Position numbers and translations under genes: made by a program | Notes under the pieces: generated by a model | Database searches by the model: none | The model's input: only the letters and a program-made list of their open reading frames with translations | What the model was told of the DNA's origin: nothing | Assembly (NCBI GenBank): GCA_000091205.1 | Contig: AP006493.2 | Length of the DNA: 64,000 bases | From: Cyanidioschyzon merolae | Lineage: Eukaryota | Direction: 5' to 3' (one strand) | Shown: positions 1 through 10,992 of the stretch, piece after piece | Numbering within the stretch: position 1 is the first letter of the stretch | Layout of the letters: each line of letters opens with the position of its first letter

Positions 1-2
1 AA

Positions 3-2189
3 TTGGAGGCCCCCAAGCGGGATACGAGCCGTTCAAGTCCGGGAACGCAACGCGGAACGCTGAGTGAGCGCACGTTATCTGAACCGGACGCAACCGCGGC
101 GGATCCTGCGCAGCACCATCTGAGAGTATCATCTGATGTAGCTGTAGCAACCACTGCGGTTTCACAGCTATCGCTCAGTGCCGATGCCGACAAGACCCTA
201 ACGAAAGAGATCCCCTTCCATTCCGATTTACGCACGGATGCGCCCGAATTCGTGCCGTTTATATCGTACGGTGGCTTTGGCACATCTGCATTCCCAGTAC
301 CACAGATGAGCCCGACGTTCTTTTCAGCTCCGTACGGCGAGGCGACGCGGTCGGATCTATATCCTTTACCAGCTTATATGCAGCCTGCTGACTGGGGCAC
401 AGCGTCTGCCGGCGATACGATCGACATGCACCATCTCAGTTCTGGTGGCGAGGCGGCTGTACCCACAAGGACAGTGAGGCAGCGTGCGCCCCCAGAGGAC
501 GACGATGAGGATCTCGCAGCGGCGGCGATTTCGTCGGCGCTCGGCGAGCGGCGCCAGCATCGTGGCGGCAAGGGCGTCACCGCAGGGCGACACGCTGGAA
601 CCAGCAGTGCGCCTGGACGAACGCGGCAGCGCCCGACGATTGCGGCCAGCACGGAAGTATTTCGGGCCAACAGGGGGCGTCACCGGACTGGGATGGGTGT
701 GGGCGCTTCTGGCACCGATGGAACGCTTGCCAAGCCACAGCGCTTCGTGTCCGAGGATCGCGAAGCGCCCTCGCACTCGGAAGCTTCAGCAGCATCAGCA
801 TCAGCATCAGCATCACGTCTGGAGCAGGAAGCAACGACTCCGATGGCACGTTCTGGACAGCAACAGCGGACCGCAGATTCAAACACGAGCGCCAGCACGG
901 AGCTGCAAACGAGGCGGCGGTCTCCTGGGCTGCGAACGAGTAGCAACAGCAGCAATGTGCGCTCTGTGCAGGATGTGCGCTGCGAATCCAGGCGTGGTAC
1001 TGCTGCTCCTACTACTACTACTGCAACGCAATCGTCGCCGGGGGAGAATCTGAAAGCTGCGGACGATGAGAGCGCGCAACGTTCGGAACCTGCGCCAGCT
1101 CTTTCAGAACAGCAGAGCGGGGCTGCTGCATCCGATGCAAGAGCCGGTGTGCAAACGCGAAAGGTAACCACAGGCGTGAATAGACTCAAGGCTGTGAAGC
1201 CATCTCGGCCCGCAACCGCGAACAAGTCGGCAGCAAACGCACTAGAACCAACAGCGGGTACCGGAACGGCCGATCGGAACGGCGAAGACGCCCTGGCACC
1301 AGCGACGACGAAGCGCGGCAAGTATTGCGACCGCAACGCTGGTGCCGATGGGAAACGTCGCGAACGATGGACAAGCCGACCGCGTCCACGAAGCATGCGC
1401 GAAGGGCGTTCGCGGAGTACCGCTTCCGTTACGGGTGCTGCTTCTGCAGCGACAACGGAGCCGAAGACGGCTACAGCCTTGGACACCGCAGTCAAGATGT
1501 TGCCGTTCGAGGTCAGTGGAACACGCACACCATCGCCAGTGCAGCGGGAGCAGCAGAAGCAAGAAGCGGTGCCTGAAGCGCCAACTCGAACGTCTCCAGC
1601 GGCGGAGGGCGCTCCCAAGGCGCTTGTCACGCCAGCTGATCCCGCTGAGGATCCGAAAACGCCTGCCAAAGACCAGCGGACTCGTGAGGCAGGCTCATCT
1701 GACGCGAGGGTATCAACGACGACGCCACCATTATCATCATCAGCGTCAGCATCAGCGTCGTTGTCGTCGAAAGAGCAAGGAGCCGCCAATGCGAAAGCAA
1801 CCGCCGCTACGGGCCAAGAAACGAAACACGAGCATTCGGCTTCTCGTCGACACTCGCAACGAAAGCTGCACCCGCGACAACGTCAACAGAAGCATCGCTT
1901 CCGGAACCGGACCAATGCAGGCAGCGAACAAGTCGAAAGCTCAGCGCGCACCATGCAACCCGAGCCTGCACCAACCGGAAACGATCGTTCTTCCGCGAAC
2001 GACGAGCATCGTGCGAGCTTCAAAAACGTCGATGTTGTCCCAGTTGCTGGCGCTTCCCTTGCACAACCAAAGTTCAAGCTGTCAACCGAGAGCGCAGTCG
2101 CTTATCGCCGAGTCGAGGCGAACGCGTCTCCGAGGCGTGCTCTGCGACAATTTCGCGAAAAGGTCAGCGAGGACGCCAAAGACGCATGA
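3..2189 (+). CDS. 5'-truncated at the window edge. Ser/Ala/Thr/Arg/Pro-rich, intrinsically disordered protein carrying a PAM2 (PABP-interacting) motif, LRTDAPEFVPF
   Basis: 728-aa open frame running from the window edge. PAM2 consensus L-x-x-x-A-x-E-F-x-P at nt 223-258. Low-complexity SASASAS runs. The antisense ORFs across it are compositional artefacts. Confidence 0.5.
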   Translation: MEAPKRDTSRSSPGTQRGTLSERTLSEPDATAADPAQHHLRVSSDVAVATTAVSQLSLSADADKTLTKEIPFHSDLRTDAPEFVPFISYGGFGTSAFPVPQMSPTFFSAPYGEATRSDLYPLPAYMQPADWGTASAGDTIDMHHLSSGGEAAVPTRTVRQRAPPEDDDEDLAAAAISSALGERRQHRGGKGVTAGRHAGTSSAPGRTRQRPTIAASTEVFRANRGRHRTGMGVGASGTDGTLAKPQRFVSEDREAPSHSEASAASASASASRLEQEATTPMARSGQQQRTADSNTSASTELQTRRRSPGLRTSSNSSNVRSVQDVRCESRRGTAAPTTTTATQSSPGENLKAADDESAQRSEPAPALSEQQSGAAASDARAGVQTRKVTTGVNRLKAVKPSRPATANKSAANALEPTAGTGTADRNGEDALAPATTKRGKYCDRNAGADGKRRERWTSRPRPRSMREGRSRSTASVTGAASAATTEPKTATALDTAVKMLPFEVSGTRTPSPVQREQQKQEAVPEAPTRTSPAAEGAPKALVTPADPAEDPKTPAKDQRTREAGSSDARVSTTTPPLSSSASASASLSSKEQGAANAKATAATGQETKHEHSASRRHSQRKLHPRQRQQKHRFRNRTNAGSEQVESSARTMQPEPAPTGNDRSSANDEHRASFKNVDVVPVAGASLAQPKFKLSTESAVAYRRVEANASPRRALRQFREKVSEDAKDA
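223..258 (+). other. PAM2 motif (LRTDAPEFVPF), predicted to bind the MLLE domain of poly(A)-binding protein
   Basis: Matches the ataxin-2/Paip2 PAM2 core LNPNAKEFVP position by position. Confidence 0.5.
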
Positions 2190-3387
2190 TCGTCGTTTAT
2201 CTCAATTGCAATGCACCTCCAGATGGGTGTCATCAAATGCCTCTTCGCGGTTTACAGCAGATGCGTTTGAAATGCGTTCATTTTGAAGAATAAAAAGTCC
2301 CATGGAAAGGTATGCACATGGAGGTCGAAGATCCCGGACGACCACGATCGTCGCCTATCAAACGATACCCAAAAGAAATCCTCTTCTCACGGACCATCGA
2401 GCGAAGGAGAAGAAGAAGAACAGGAAGGAGTAAGCGAGAAGAGGTGTTTGTCCGACGGAATGGCAACGAGACCGCGGTGGTACGGAGGGCACGATTTCGA
2501 TGAATGCTCGCATCGGCAAGATCCACCAGCTGCAGATCATACATGGAGTTCGTGAACCGAGACTTGAACGTCCCCATCAATATCAGGAGATGTGCGGTAC
2601 CGAGGACGTGACCTGCGGTGCTGACGCGATCGAATTCTGTGGAGCAGTGTCTCAGACTCGAGGTGCTCAAGGAGAAAAGCACTGGGAGGCGTCTGCGGGT
2701 GGCTATTCATTTACCCGACACGGTCGTAGAACATTTTGGTGTTTCACGTATCGAGTGCGCAGCAAGCAAGTCACGTTCAAAGCACAGACGTTGCAGTCGA
2801 GCGATGCTTCATTCGGCCGCTGAAGCGAATCAGCCTTCAGCAGCTGCCGAGTCCTCAATCCCATACCCGCACACGAGCGACTGCTGCATATGGTGTTTCG
2901 GTGGCGGCGGACAAGCTTCTCGGGCGGGAGTTTCTGTGCACTAGGGCTGCGTGAGTAGCGCCGCCGGGGCGTAAAACCTTTCCGCAGCACCACGTGATGG
3001 GAATCATTTCAAGAATCTGGCTTTCAGGTAACGCTTGATGGGGGTTTCACGAGACCCGCTGCTTTCTTTGTGGGTGCATTATGCCAGTCTGCAGGATGCG
3101 GCTCTATCGGTGTCCCGATGTGCTGCAGTTTTGACCGGCGGTGCCTGCGTTCGGTACGAATATGGGGCGCTGCGTGCCCGGGAGCGCACGAACCTGGACG
3201 CTGTGGGGCTGCTTCCTCGCACGCCGTTGAACAAGCTCGCCGAACACGCCACTGGATACGAAGACGCTGGTGCTGTTGCTGCTGATTGCGTGCGGGGATT
3301 CACCTGATCTTCGTTAGACGCGATCGGAAGGTTACATGCCGATATTCGTGCGGGTGCGACCTCGTATTCCAGTCGTCGTCGTCGTTA

Positions 3388-4738
3388 CGCATATTCTAGA
3401 AAGAAATGCAAAGGGTGCTCCAGGACGAAAACAAAAAAGGATTCTTGGGACAGTTCCTGATGTAATCAGTACTGAGCATTGTGGGCTTTTCATGCGACTG
3501 CTCTCGATCGCTCCCTCTTATCTCCGAGCCTGAAATGGATCGGTCTTCTTTCTCCCGCCAGATATGTTTCAGGACGTCGAGGGGTGTTCATGGCAGCGTC
3601 CTAGGCCGCATGGCGTTGCTCCTGGCTGCTGAACAAACGTTTCACGCGCAGGAAAACGTAACGATCTATGCTTCGCATGCCATTCGCATCTTCTTCGTAT
3701 ACAGTCTCAGTGTGTGACCTTCTTCGTCATGAAATTGGAGGCTATTCACGCATTCTAAGTATTTTGGCCAGTATTCCGCTTCCATCGCGCTGTACTGGAG
3801 CAGGGTAACACCTCCTTCATCGCACGATGCGTACCGTTGACCGGTACAGAAGGCTTCCGCGAATGCACGCCTCCGGGTCCACACCAGGTACCTTGCCTCA
3901 CGAGCATGTGCTCCTTATTTGCGATTCCCGCAGCGACGACGATGTCCGCTGCATAGACAACCGCTCGACGTCATCGTCGGTGAGGGATCTATGGACCGCG
4001 CTCTTGTCCATGATGAGACAAGGAGCGGAACCAAAAAGCAGGCATGTACGCTGGCCGGGAAACTCGGGTGCGTCACTGCACCTGTCGTACTGAGCGGTGA
4101 CGCACGCTCCACTGGAAGCGATCACTGCGATGCTTGACGTCCGCGTCCGAGATCCTTCTGCGTACAGACGGAAGCGACAGGGAGCCTCTAGATGCATATC
4201 CTGCGACAGGTATCATGTTGCACTCGAACGCCGTCTCATGTCTGGCTACAACGAGCAGCGTACTCGAATGTGGAACGGAATCGATCAATGGGCGTGACGA
4301 GTTCACAGCGGTTCCCGTATGAGCTTGTGGAGGAATCGTTGGAGGTCGACCTTGAGGATTCTCGCTTGACCATGCAGCGGTGCGGTTGCGCAGCACCGAC
4401 GATCTGCCGTCAAACAGCATGATCGAAACGGTGAACAGTGCGTGGATTGAGCATGGAAAGCGGAGAGCAGGCACACGAGCGAAGACGCTCTCGTATGGAC
4501 ATGTTATTGATAGGGGCTATGGAGGGAGCTCATGTTGTAAAACGCCGCGATCCATCTGGATTCCAGCGACATAAGAAAGTCCGTCTGCCGAGGATCGCAG
4601 TCGTCATCCCGGGAAACCAACCGAGAATCCTGCAACTGCACACGAAATTCCGTAAGCTCTGATTACAAATTCTGAATAGCACAACGATACATCGAATGAT
4701 ACTTTGGAAGAGAACGCTCAGGGCATGAACAAAGCGTG
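3388..4738. repeat. Left arm of a ~1.35-kb inverted repeat, ~98% identical to its partner at 10993-12336
   Basis: Every short ORF in this arm (for example 4438-4662 +, 4073-4474 -, 3898-4197 -) has a near-identical twin on the opposite strand in 11080-12261. I aligned the boundaries by eye. Confidence 0.85.
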
Positions 4739-5631
4739 AAGTCCGATGTGCCTTTCCATCGATGACCAGCGAAACGATAAATGTTTGGCAACCATTGGGT
4801 ATATTAGCATCGACTCGCAGACGCCTCCTAGCCTTTTTGCCGAGGGATATTGTGTGCTATCTTTTTCAGTTTCCCCTTGTGCTCGCATCCAGGCTTAGCG
4901 TCGTTCCCAGAGTGTTTGGTCGTCTCGGTACCTCGGGTCTCGTGCTTTGCGCAGCAAATCGTCTGATATTGATAGCAGCGCTGGAGCCTCGGTTCACGAA
5001 ATTCTTGCATGCATTTTTCTGGTTGTACGCTCTATTGCAAAGATTCCCAGAACTTGTACCCTCCGCACCACTACAGTCTCATCATCGTCCAGTCGAGCAA
5101 GCACCTCCTCTCGTCCACTTCCCCTTCTTCTTCTTCATGACTTGCTCTACGTGCTGGAACGTCGGCGAGAACAGGATTTTTCGTATCCTTTTGCGACAGC
5201 AGGCGGCACCGGCTTTCCAGGATACTCGACTTCCGCGTCCATCCCATTCCCTCATACTTTTATTTCATCAAATAAATGAACCTGGAACGCATCTATTATA
5301 AACCACGAAAAAGCATTTGATGACTCTATGCCAGAGGTGGATACCATAGACGTGAAAGACTGTCATCTTACGGGGGGTGTCGGCCGCTGCGCTCGATGAC
5401 GGTTACGTGCAAAAGGCTTTTTGTCGCTCTTTTGTGGAATACTCGTTCGCTATGATGAAACCAACGTGATTATGTCAGTTCTGCTGCTGATTCAAGTCTA
5501 CAGGAAGAAACGTTCACGTGGACTGAGCAACAAGAGCGAGTATTCCTAGTTCAAGGGTTTACCTGGTCTCCGTCGCAGACTGATCTCGGGGACGATACAC
5601 TTCGCTAACGAGCAAGCTCTGTAGCGATCTG

Positions 5632-7260
5632 ATGCAGCGCACCCGATCTCTGGCTGCTTCCGTCCAAAGTCTCGCCAGATCTCTTCGAAGTAAGCAACTG
5701 CGTCCCTACCAAAAGGTGACGCAGCACGCAAACCGGGTAGAAACGGTGTCACTCGGGTCACTGAGCTACTGTGCAAGCGTCGTCACGCGATACCTCTGTA
5801 GCGCTGCACAGAAAGCCGCTGGGGCCGCGGGCACGCGGCCAACCATTTACGCCCTGGCGACTGCACCAGGAACAGGCGCTATAGCAGTATTCCGGATCAG
5901 CGGCCCCGAGACCCGACAAGTACTGCAGGCGGTGCTCCATGTGCCTGCGCAAAAACTTCCGCAACCACGGCAGCTCGTTCCGCGGACGCTCTATGATCCG
6001 CAGCGCAACTACGCTTTCGACCGCGGTATGGTCGTCTGGTTTCCGGCACCAGCATCATACACCGGAGAGGATATGGCGGAGTTGCAGGTGCACGGAGCAC
6101 CAGCGGTCATTCGTGCAGCGCTTGTTGCACTGGCGGGATACCCAGGCCTCGTCCCTGCTACAGCGGGCGCTTTCACCAAAAGAGCGCTTACGAATGGCAA
6201 AATGGACCGATCTCAGGTGGAGGCGCTAGCTCATATCATCCAGGCGGATTCTCTCGATGGGCTTGCCCTGGCGGTGAATAACTTGCAAGGAGCGCTTCGC
6301 AGCCAGCATCATTCTTGGCGAGCGCACCTGCACGCAGCGATGGCGATCATGGAGGCGGTGCTTGAATTCGGAGAGGAGCACCTCGCACACGAAATAGACG
6401 CACAACTGGAGCAAGCAGCGCAGCGTATACGGGCTGTGCAGGCAGAGATGCGCATGCAGATTCGTCTCGCGAGTCCCGAAGGTCAACGACCGGAACTGAG
6501 CCTGACGCCACGCATCGTGCTGTACGGGCGAGTGAATGCGGGCAAGAGCAGTCTATTTAACTTGATAGGGCAACGGGAGGCCTCTATTGTGCACGAGACT
6601 CCAGGAACAACTCGAGATGTCGTTGAGCAGAGAGCATACATCGACGGGCTTGCCGCAACCATCATGGACACAGCGGGGCTGCGTGAGACGCCGCAAACCG
6701 CCAGTGCGATTGAAGCCGAGGGCATTCGTCGAGCCCGAAAAGTCATTGAACAGACGCCGCTGCGAGTGCTCGTGGTAGACGCAAGCACAGAGGAAGAATG
6801 TTCATTGGAGCATGACCCAACTGCGGCATGGTTGCCCAGTGCTGTGGTGCTCCACAAAGCAGACCTAGTCCCTGATCATCAACAGCGCGAGGCGTTGAGG
6901 AATCGCTTTTCACGCTGTTACCGAGAGTCTGATCTGTTTTTCGTATCCTCCCGAACAGGCGAAGGGGTCGATGCTTTTCTGAACTGGCTTGGCGAGCGGT
7001 TACGCGCAAGATTCGAATGTGCAAAGGATACAGATCAACGTCGCTGTCTCATTCAGACGCAACGTCAGCATGCACTCCTAAGAGTTGTCCATGATCTGCT
7101 TGACGGTGCTTTGCAGCATCTCATCGTGCCAGAGCTTGCGGTAGAGCATCTTCGTTCGAGTCTACAGCACTTGGCGGAGATATCAGGAGAGGGCGATCGG
7201 CGCTTCGATGCCGAGGATACTCTTGAGCATATCTTTTCGCGCTTCTGTATCGGCAAGTGA
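5632..7260 (+). CDS. Mitochondrial tRNA modification GTPase MnmE/TrmE (MSS1/GTPBP3 family)
   Basis: N-terminal TIYALATAPGTGAIAVFRISG. G-domain GRVNAGKSSLFN...DTAG. C-terminal CIGK tetrapeptide typical of MnmE. N-terminal basic presequence. Confidence 0.85.
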   Translation: MQRTRSLAASVQSLARSLRSKQLRPYQKVTQHANRVETVSLGSLSYCASVVTRYLCSAAQKAAGAAGTRPTIYALATAPGTGAIAVFRISGPETRQVLQAVLHVPAQKLPQPRQLVPRTLYDPQRNYAFDRGMVVWFPAPASYTGEDMAELQVHGAPAVIRAALVALAGYPGLVPATAGAFTKRALTNGKMDRSQVEALAHIIQADSLDGLALAVNNLQGALRSQHHSWRAHLHAAMAIMEAVLEFGEEHLAHEIDAQLEQAAQRIRAVQAEMRMQIRLASPEGQRPELSLTPRIVLYGRVNAGKSSLFNLIGQREASIVHETPGTTRDVVEQRAYIDGLAATIMDTAGLRETPQTASAIEAEGIRRARKVIEQTPLRVLVVDASTEEECSLEHDPTAAWLPSAVVLHKADLVPDHQQREALRNRFSRCYRESDLFFVSSRTGEGVDAFLNWLGERLRARFECAKDTDQRRCLIQTQRQHALLRVVHDLLDGALQHLIVPELAVEHLRSSLQHLAEISGEGDRRFDAEDTLEHIFSRFCIGK

Positions 7261-7431
7261 GCATCAACGATATGGGCTTTCCATCGATTCACCTCGCGCT
7301 TTCTGGACGCCGGGTGCAGTATTCCCGATCCGCTTCGCATCCAGCGTGTTGCCTGATCCGAACAGACACTCCACGCTAGCACTCACACATGAACGGATGG
7401 ATGCATACGAATCCGATTCATGAAGATGATG

Positions 7432-7451
7432 GATAGATAGATAGATAGATG
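7432..7451. repeat. (GATA)5 microsatellite
   Basis: ggatagatagatagatagat. Confidence 0.9.
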
Positions 7452-7728
7452 CAATTCAAGTCGCTTTATCAGAATGGCGCCCATGCGATGCACGGGGCGC
7501 GTTTCCCGTCGAATCCGCTGCCGCCGTATTCACAAGGCATCTCTACGAACGACATAGAGGTGCCTTGCCTCCCCGAAGCGGCCTGTGTTCTCTGTTGACG
7601 GTCGACGTGGCTATCGCCCCGTGTGCCGTTGTGGAGTAACTCGTTCGTAAATGAGCCAAAGCAGAGGCGCGTCCCTGTCTGGGACACCCCGATACTTGAA
7701 CGACATCGCAGTGTCACCTGGAGGTCTG

Positions 7729-7750
7729 TCGCCGCCGCCGCCGCCGCCGA
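7729..7750. repeat. (GCC)~7 microsatellite
   Basis: gtcgccgccgccgccgccgccg. Confidence 0.9.
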
Positions 7751-8294
7751 TGCTGCATTCGAGTCTTTGACAGCCGTCGATTGCTACCGTCTGGCGTGTA
7801 CTATTCGCAGCAGTCCTGATCCCTGTCCATATGAATTACAACAGTGAATGGTGTCAAGAACAATGCTCTACACCCGCTTGCTGATCAATCTGGTTCGCTC
7901 AACACCCTAGCACTGCACCTGGAACCTCGGTTAACGCAAGCTTTGGCGAGCGCCCGAGGCTATACCATTCATGTCTCGCGGGACACTGATGCTCTGGCAA
8001 TGGCCCGCAGCTACCCTGCTACCATCCTATCGTTCTTGTGCATGTGTGCTTGCACGTCGTTCGGATCACGCTGGTCCCACTTGAATACACAGCATCCTTG
8101 GCGCTTGTCCAAGACGCCGAGGCGACTCACTGCACAGCGTCTGGCACCTGCTAGGTGAGCGTGTGTGCGTGTGTGTCCGTAGCGTACGAAAAGCGCCTCG
8201 TTTTGCGCAGCAGCATCGCAATTGGCGACAAGTCCGGTCTGCGTACAAGTTTACGTCGGGATGAAGCAGCATACAATTGATTTTTGAAAATTCA

Positions 8295-9032
8295 CTAGTG
8301 ACGCCGCTGCGTGTCACGACGTTCCTCGTAACGCCATTGCCATGGCCACTCAAATAACAGCGTCTCGTCATTCGTTTCTTGAGAAGCAGCCCAGACCCCG
8401 TGATGCTCTCTGCGAGCCTCCTCTTCGTCCGGGACGTACATGGTACTAAATTTTCGGAACGCTACAGCCCAACCGTCTCGCACCATCGCACGACCGAGGT
8501 CCAGGGTCTCGCCGCTCGCCTCTTCGACTGAACAGATAGCGACAATGCGCTGGAAAGGATCGCGTCCTCGTGGGACACAGGTGACGGGGCGGGCGCCAAT
8601 GAGCGCACGAAGATGCTCCGTCGCCTGCAGGCCACAGCGGTAGGTATCGAACTTCAGCGGGGCAGCGTCTGGAGCCGTGTTGTGGATAGGCCGTCGGCAG
8701 CGCTGGCGCTGTTCAAAAGCATCCATACCGAAGAGCCGCACTCGCGTTGTACCAAACGCCAGGGTGTCGCCGTCCACTATGCGTGGATAGCCATGAATGA
8801 CTGAAGCCGACGCCGGTCTCTCTCGGTTTTCCAAAGTAACTGCGTTAGCGGGCAAAGCGAACGCTGCAGAGCGCGGCACTGATGCTGGAACGGGAGCCGT
8901 CACACCTATCACACTGATGATTCCGATACCTACCAAACAGAGACCGAACACGTCGTCCTTTCGTAGCCGGTGTCCCTTGGAGCCCCACAAGTCCCACAAG
9001 TCCCATAAAGGCACGAAACACGCAAAGGACAT
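8295..9032 (-). CDS. Staphylococcal-nuclease (SNase/thermonuclease)-like protein with an N-terminal transmembrane or signal segment
   Basis: VDGDT motif (IVDGDTLAF). C-terminal LGRAMVRDGWAVAF...HGVWAA resembles the thermonuclease LVRQGLA...GIW signature. Hydrophobic GLCLVGIGIISVIGV near the N-terminus. Confidence 0.6.
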   Translation of the reverse strand: MSFACFVPLWDLWDLWGSKGHRLRKDDVFGLCLVGIGIISVIGVTAPVPASVPRSAAFALPANAVTLENRERPASASVIHGYPRIVDGDTLAFGTTRVRLFGMDAFEQRQRCRRPIHNTAPDAAPLKFDTYRCGLQATEHLRALIGARPVTCVPRGRDPFQRIVAICSVEEASGETLDLGRAMVRDGWAVAFRKFSTMYVPDEEEARREHHGVWAASQETNDETLLFEWPWQWRYEERRDTQRRH

Positions 9033-9284
9033 TCACAGGCAGACGCAGTGCGCCACCGACTGCTGATAGCGCCTTGCTCCGGTGAGGTCCTTTGAGCTGC
9101 ACGGAGGGTGCGTAGCGCCAGACGCCCGCCAGTATGCGAACGATGCTAGAACAAAGACCGTCAACTACACCGCTTGTAAAGACGCTTCTACGTAGCACTG
9201 CACTCAGCGCAGCGTTCTTCACTGGAATCGCTCAAGTACGCTGCTTCAATACCCTCCTCTGTATCCGTTTATGGTTTAGAAACG

Positions 9285-10079
9285 TTGCGAGCAACCAGTG
9301 CGACCGTCGAGCGCACCCCAGGTATCGGCAAATTCGCGTTCGCCTTGCAGCGCTGCAGCGAGGCGATGCCCGCATTCGCGACTCGACAGCAATCGTCACA
9401 CAACGATTCCCAGTTCACCACAGGAACTCGATGCAAAGCGATGCGGTACCCGGCTGTAATTGTCGACACCGTCCGTGGCATGGTATATGGCAAAGTCGCT
9501 GTTACCCGGTGCTGCATCAACGCTGGCACGATCAAGGTTATGGAGCACGTTCGCAGCAGACTCGAGGCACAGTTCAACGTTCGACGTGACGACTATCGCC
9601 AGGATAAAGTATGTCTCATGGAACGTACAGGTAGTTCTGAAACGTACCGTACGGCACGTATCCTGGAGGAAGCGGATACGTCCGTGAACTTGGAAGTAGG
9701 ACAAGACATGCGGATCGCCACTATCGAGCACGAAATCGGGGATTTTCCTCGTCACGGAATTGCTCTGTTGCGTAAAACAATATCCTTTAACTGGCGTTGT
9801 CCAGCGTACATCCCCAAATCACAACCGTATTCTGCACAAGCACGGGAATTATGTTCCCTGCACGATAATGAATTCGATATTTTCGATGATGCTGATGATG
9901 CCGCTTCGATACCGCTGCATGAGACAGCGCGCGGGCTGAAGCGCTCGGCAGCGGCGGCGGCGGCAATGCGAGGCATTTTTCCAGGCGCTATGCTTGGCGC
10001 TGCAAACTTTGTACCCGTTTCTTCTTCAAACTCGGCACCATGTCGAATACCCTCGCAAACCTCATCCAGCAGCGTGTAG
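9285..10079 (+). CDS. Hypothetical protein, no recognisable domain
   Basis: 264-aa ORF. Its 3' end overlaps the next ORF by 40 nt in a different frame. Confidence 0.3.
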   Translation: MRATSATVERTPGIGKFAFALQRCSEAMPAFATRQQSSHNDSQFTTGTRCKAMRYPAVIVDTVRGMVYGKVAVTRCCINAGTIKVMEHVRSRLEAQFNVRRDDYRQDKVCLMERTGSSETYRTARILEEADTSVNLEVGQDMRIATIEHEIGDFPRHGIALLRKTISFNWRCPAYIPKSQPYSAQARELCSLHDNEFDIFDDADDAASIPLHETARGLKRSAAAAAAMRGIFPGAMLGAANFVPVSSSNSAPCRIPSQTSSSSV

Positions 10080-10963
10080 TTGAGAATGCATCTGACCCCT
10101 ATTTTACGCTTCCTTTTTCCATAGATTCAGATGCAGACTTGCTTCCTCGTGAAGGCACGTCACTCGGTATTGGCGGAACTGCGGCGTCACCGAGAGACGT
10201 TACGCCGAGCGCACCACCCTGGGATGCTCTCGCGGAAACGTCTTGGCCGGTGTTTGGTTCCATAAGTTGCTGTACGGATGATAATGATGGGTTACAGTGG
10301 CTTGGGGACGTTTTTCCGAGCCCGCAAAAGCAACCGATACGACGAAAAACACGTTCCCGCGCCCACCTAACTTGGTTTCCGGTGCACGTCGACGGTGCAG
10401 TCGACGCTCCGGACCCACTGACCAAGCGACTTTCCTTCTCGCTGAATGTAGGCCGCCTTCTTCTCCAGAAAGCAAAGGTCCTTTACGCAACCAGCTCCGT
10501 GTCACTGCAAAGCCGCCTTTCCAACCTGGTATGTGTTCATGGCGTTGTCCAGCATTTGCTGAAATGCATTCCGCAAACCGTTGAAGTTTGGTCAGCAGCC
10601 GCACAAGCCCGCTGGCGTCTGCTGCAAGCTCGTGTTCCGCGGTGGCATCAGGTCCGGGAATGTCATCTGGAAGGAAGCCTCACGGGCCTTGTGATCTTCG
10701 TGCGGGAGCCGAGACCCGCCCGAACATCACAACCAAGCATCAGGTACTTGAACGCTTGCGCGCATGATATAGTCGAGCGATGGCGGTCTCTATGGGACGA
10801 CTGGCAAGCTCACTGTTACCAACGACGTGCACTGTATTTTGAACGGTACTGGGAAGCACGTGCTCTTCGATTGGAAGAAGAGAGCGTGCAGGCGCGCCAA
10901 GCGGCCCAGGCCTGGAGACGAGCGCGTGAGCGGCGGCAGCGCTATCGACGTACTGAACGCTAG
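10040..10963 (+). CDS. Hypothetical protein with an Arg/Trp-rich C-terminus. It may be the continuation of 9285-10079.
   Basis: 307-aa ORF on the same strand, abutting and overlapping the upstream ORF. Confidence 0.3.
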   Translation: MSNTLANLIQQRVVENASDPYFTLPFSIDSDADLLPREGTSLGIGGTAASPRDVTPSAPPWDALAETSWPVFGSISCCTDDNDGLQWLGDVFPSPQKQPIRRKTRSRAHLTWFPVHVDGAVDAPDPLTKRLSFSLNVGRLLLQKAKVLYATSSVSLQSRLSNLVCVHGVVQHLLKCIPQTVEVWSAAAQARWRLLQARVPRWHQVRECHLEGSLTGLVIFVREPRPARTSQPSIRYLNACAHDIVERWRSLWDDWQAHCYQRRALYFERYWEARALRLEEESVQARQAAQAWRRARERRQRYRRTER

Positions 10964-10992
10964 CGCTGAGGACAGTGTCAGATGAACATGTG

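Noticed and set aside
28-48. tRNA-like T-loop string GTTCAAGTCCGG
   Set aside because: The flanking bases do not form a T-stem or an acceptor stem. It lies inside the coding ORF.
183-200. Single CCCTAA telomere-like hexamer
   Set aside because: Isolated single copy inside an ORF. Not a telomeric array.
680-1789. 369-aa ORF on the minus strand. Also the other long antisense ORFs: 13240-14034 (-) and 18975-19561.
   Set aside because: These lie wholly antisense to stronger, motif-supported genes in GC-rich, codon-biased DNA. Open antisense frames are expected compositional artefacts there. Their products are low complexity (A/R/S/G-rich) with no motifs.
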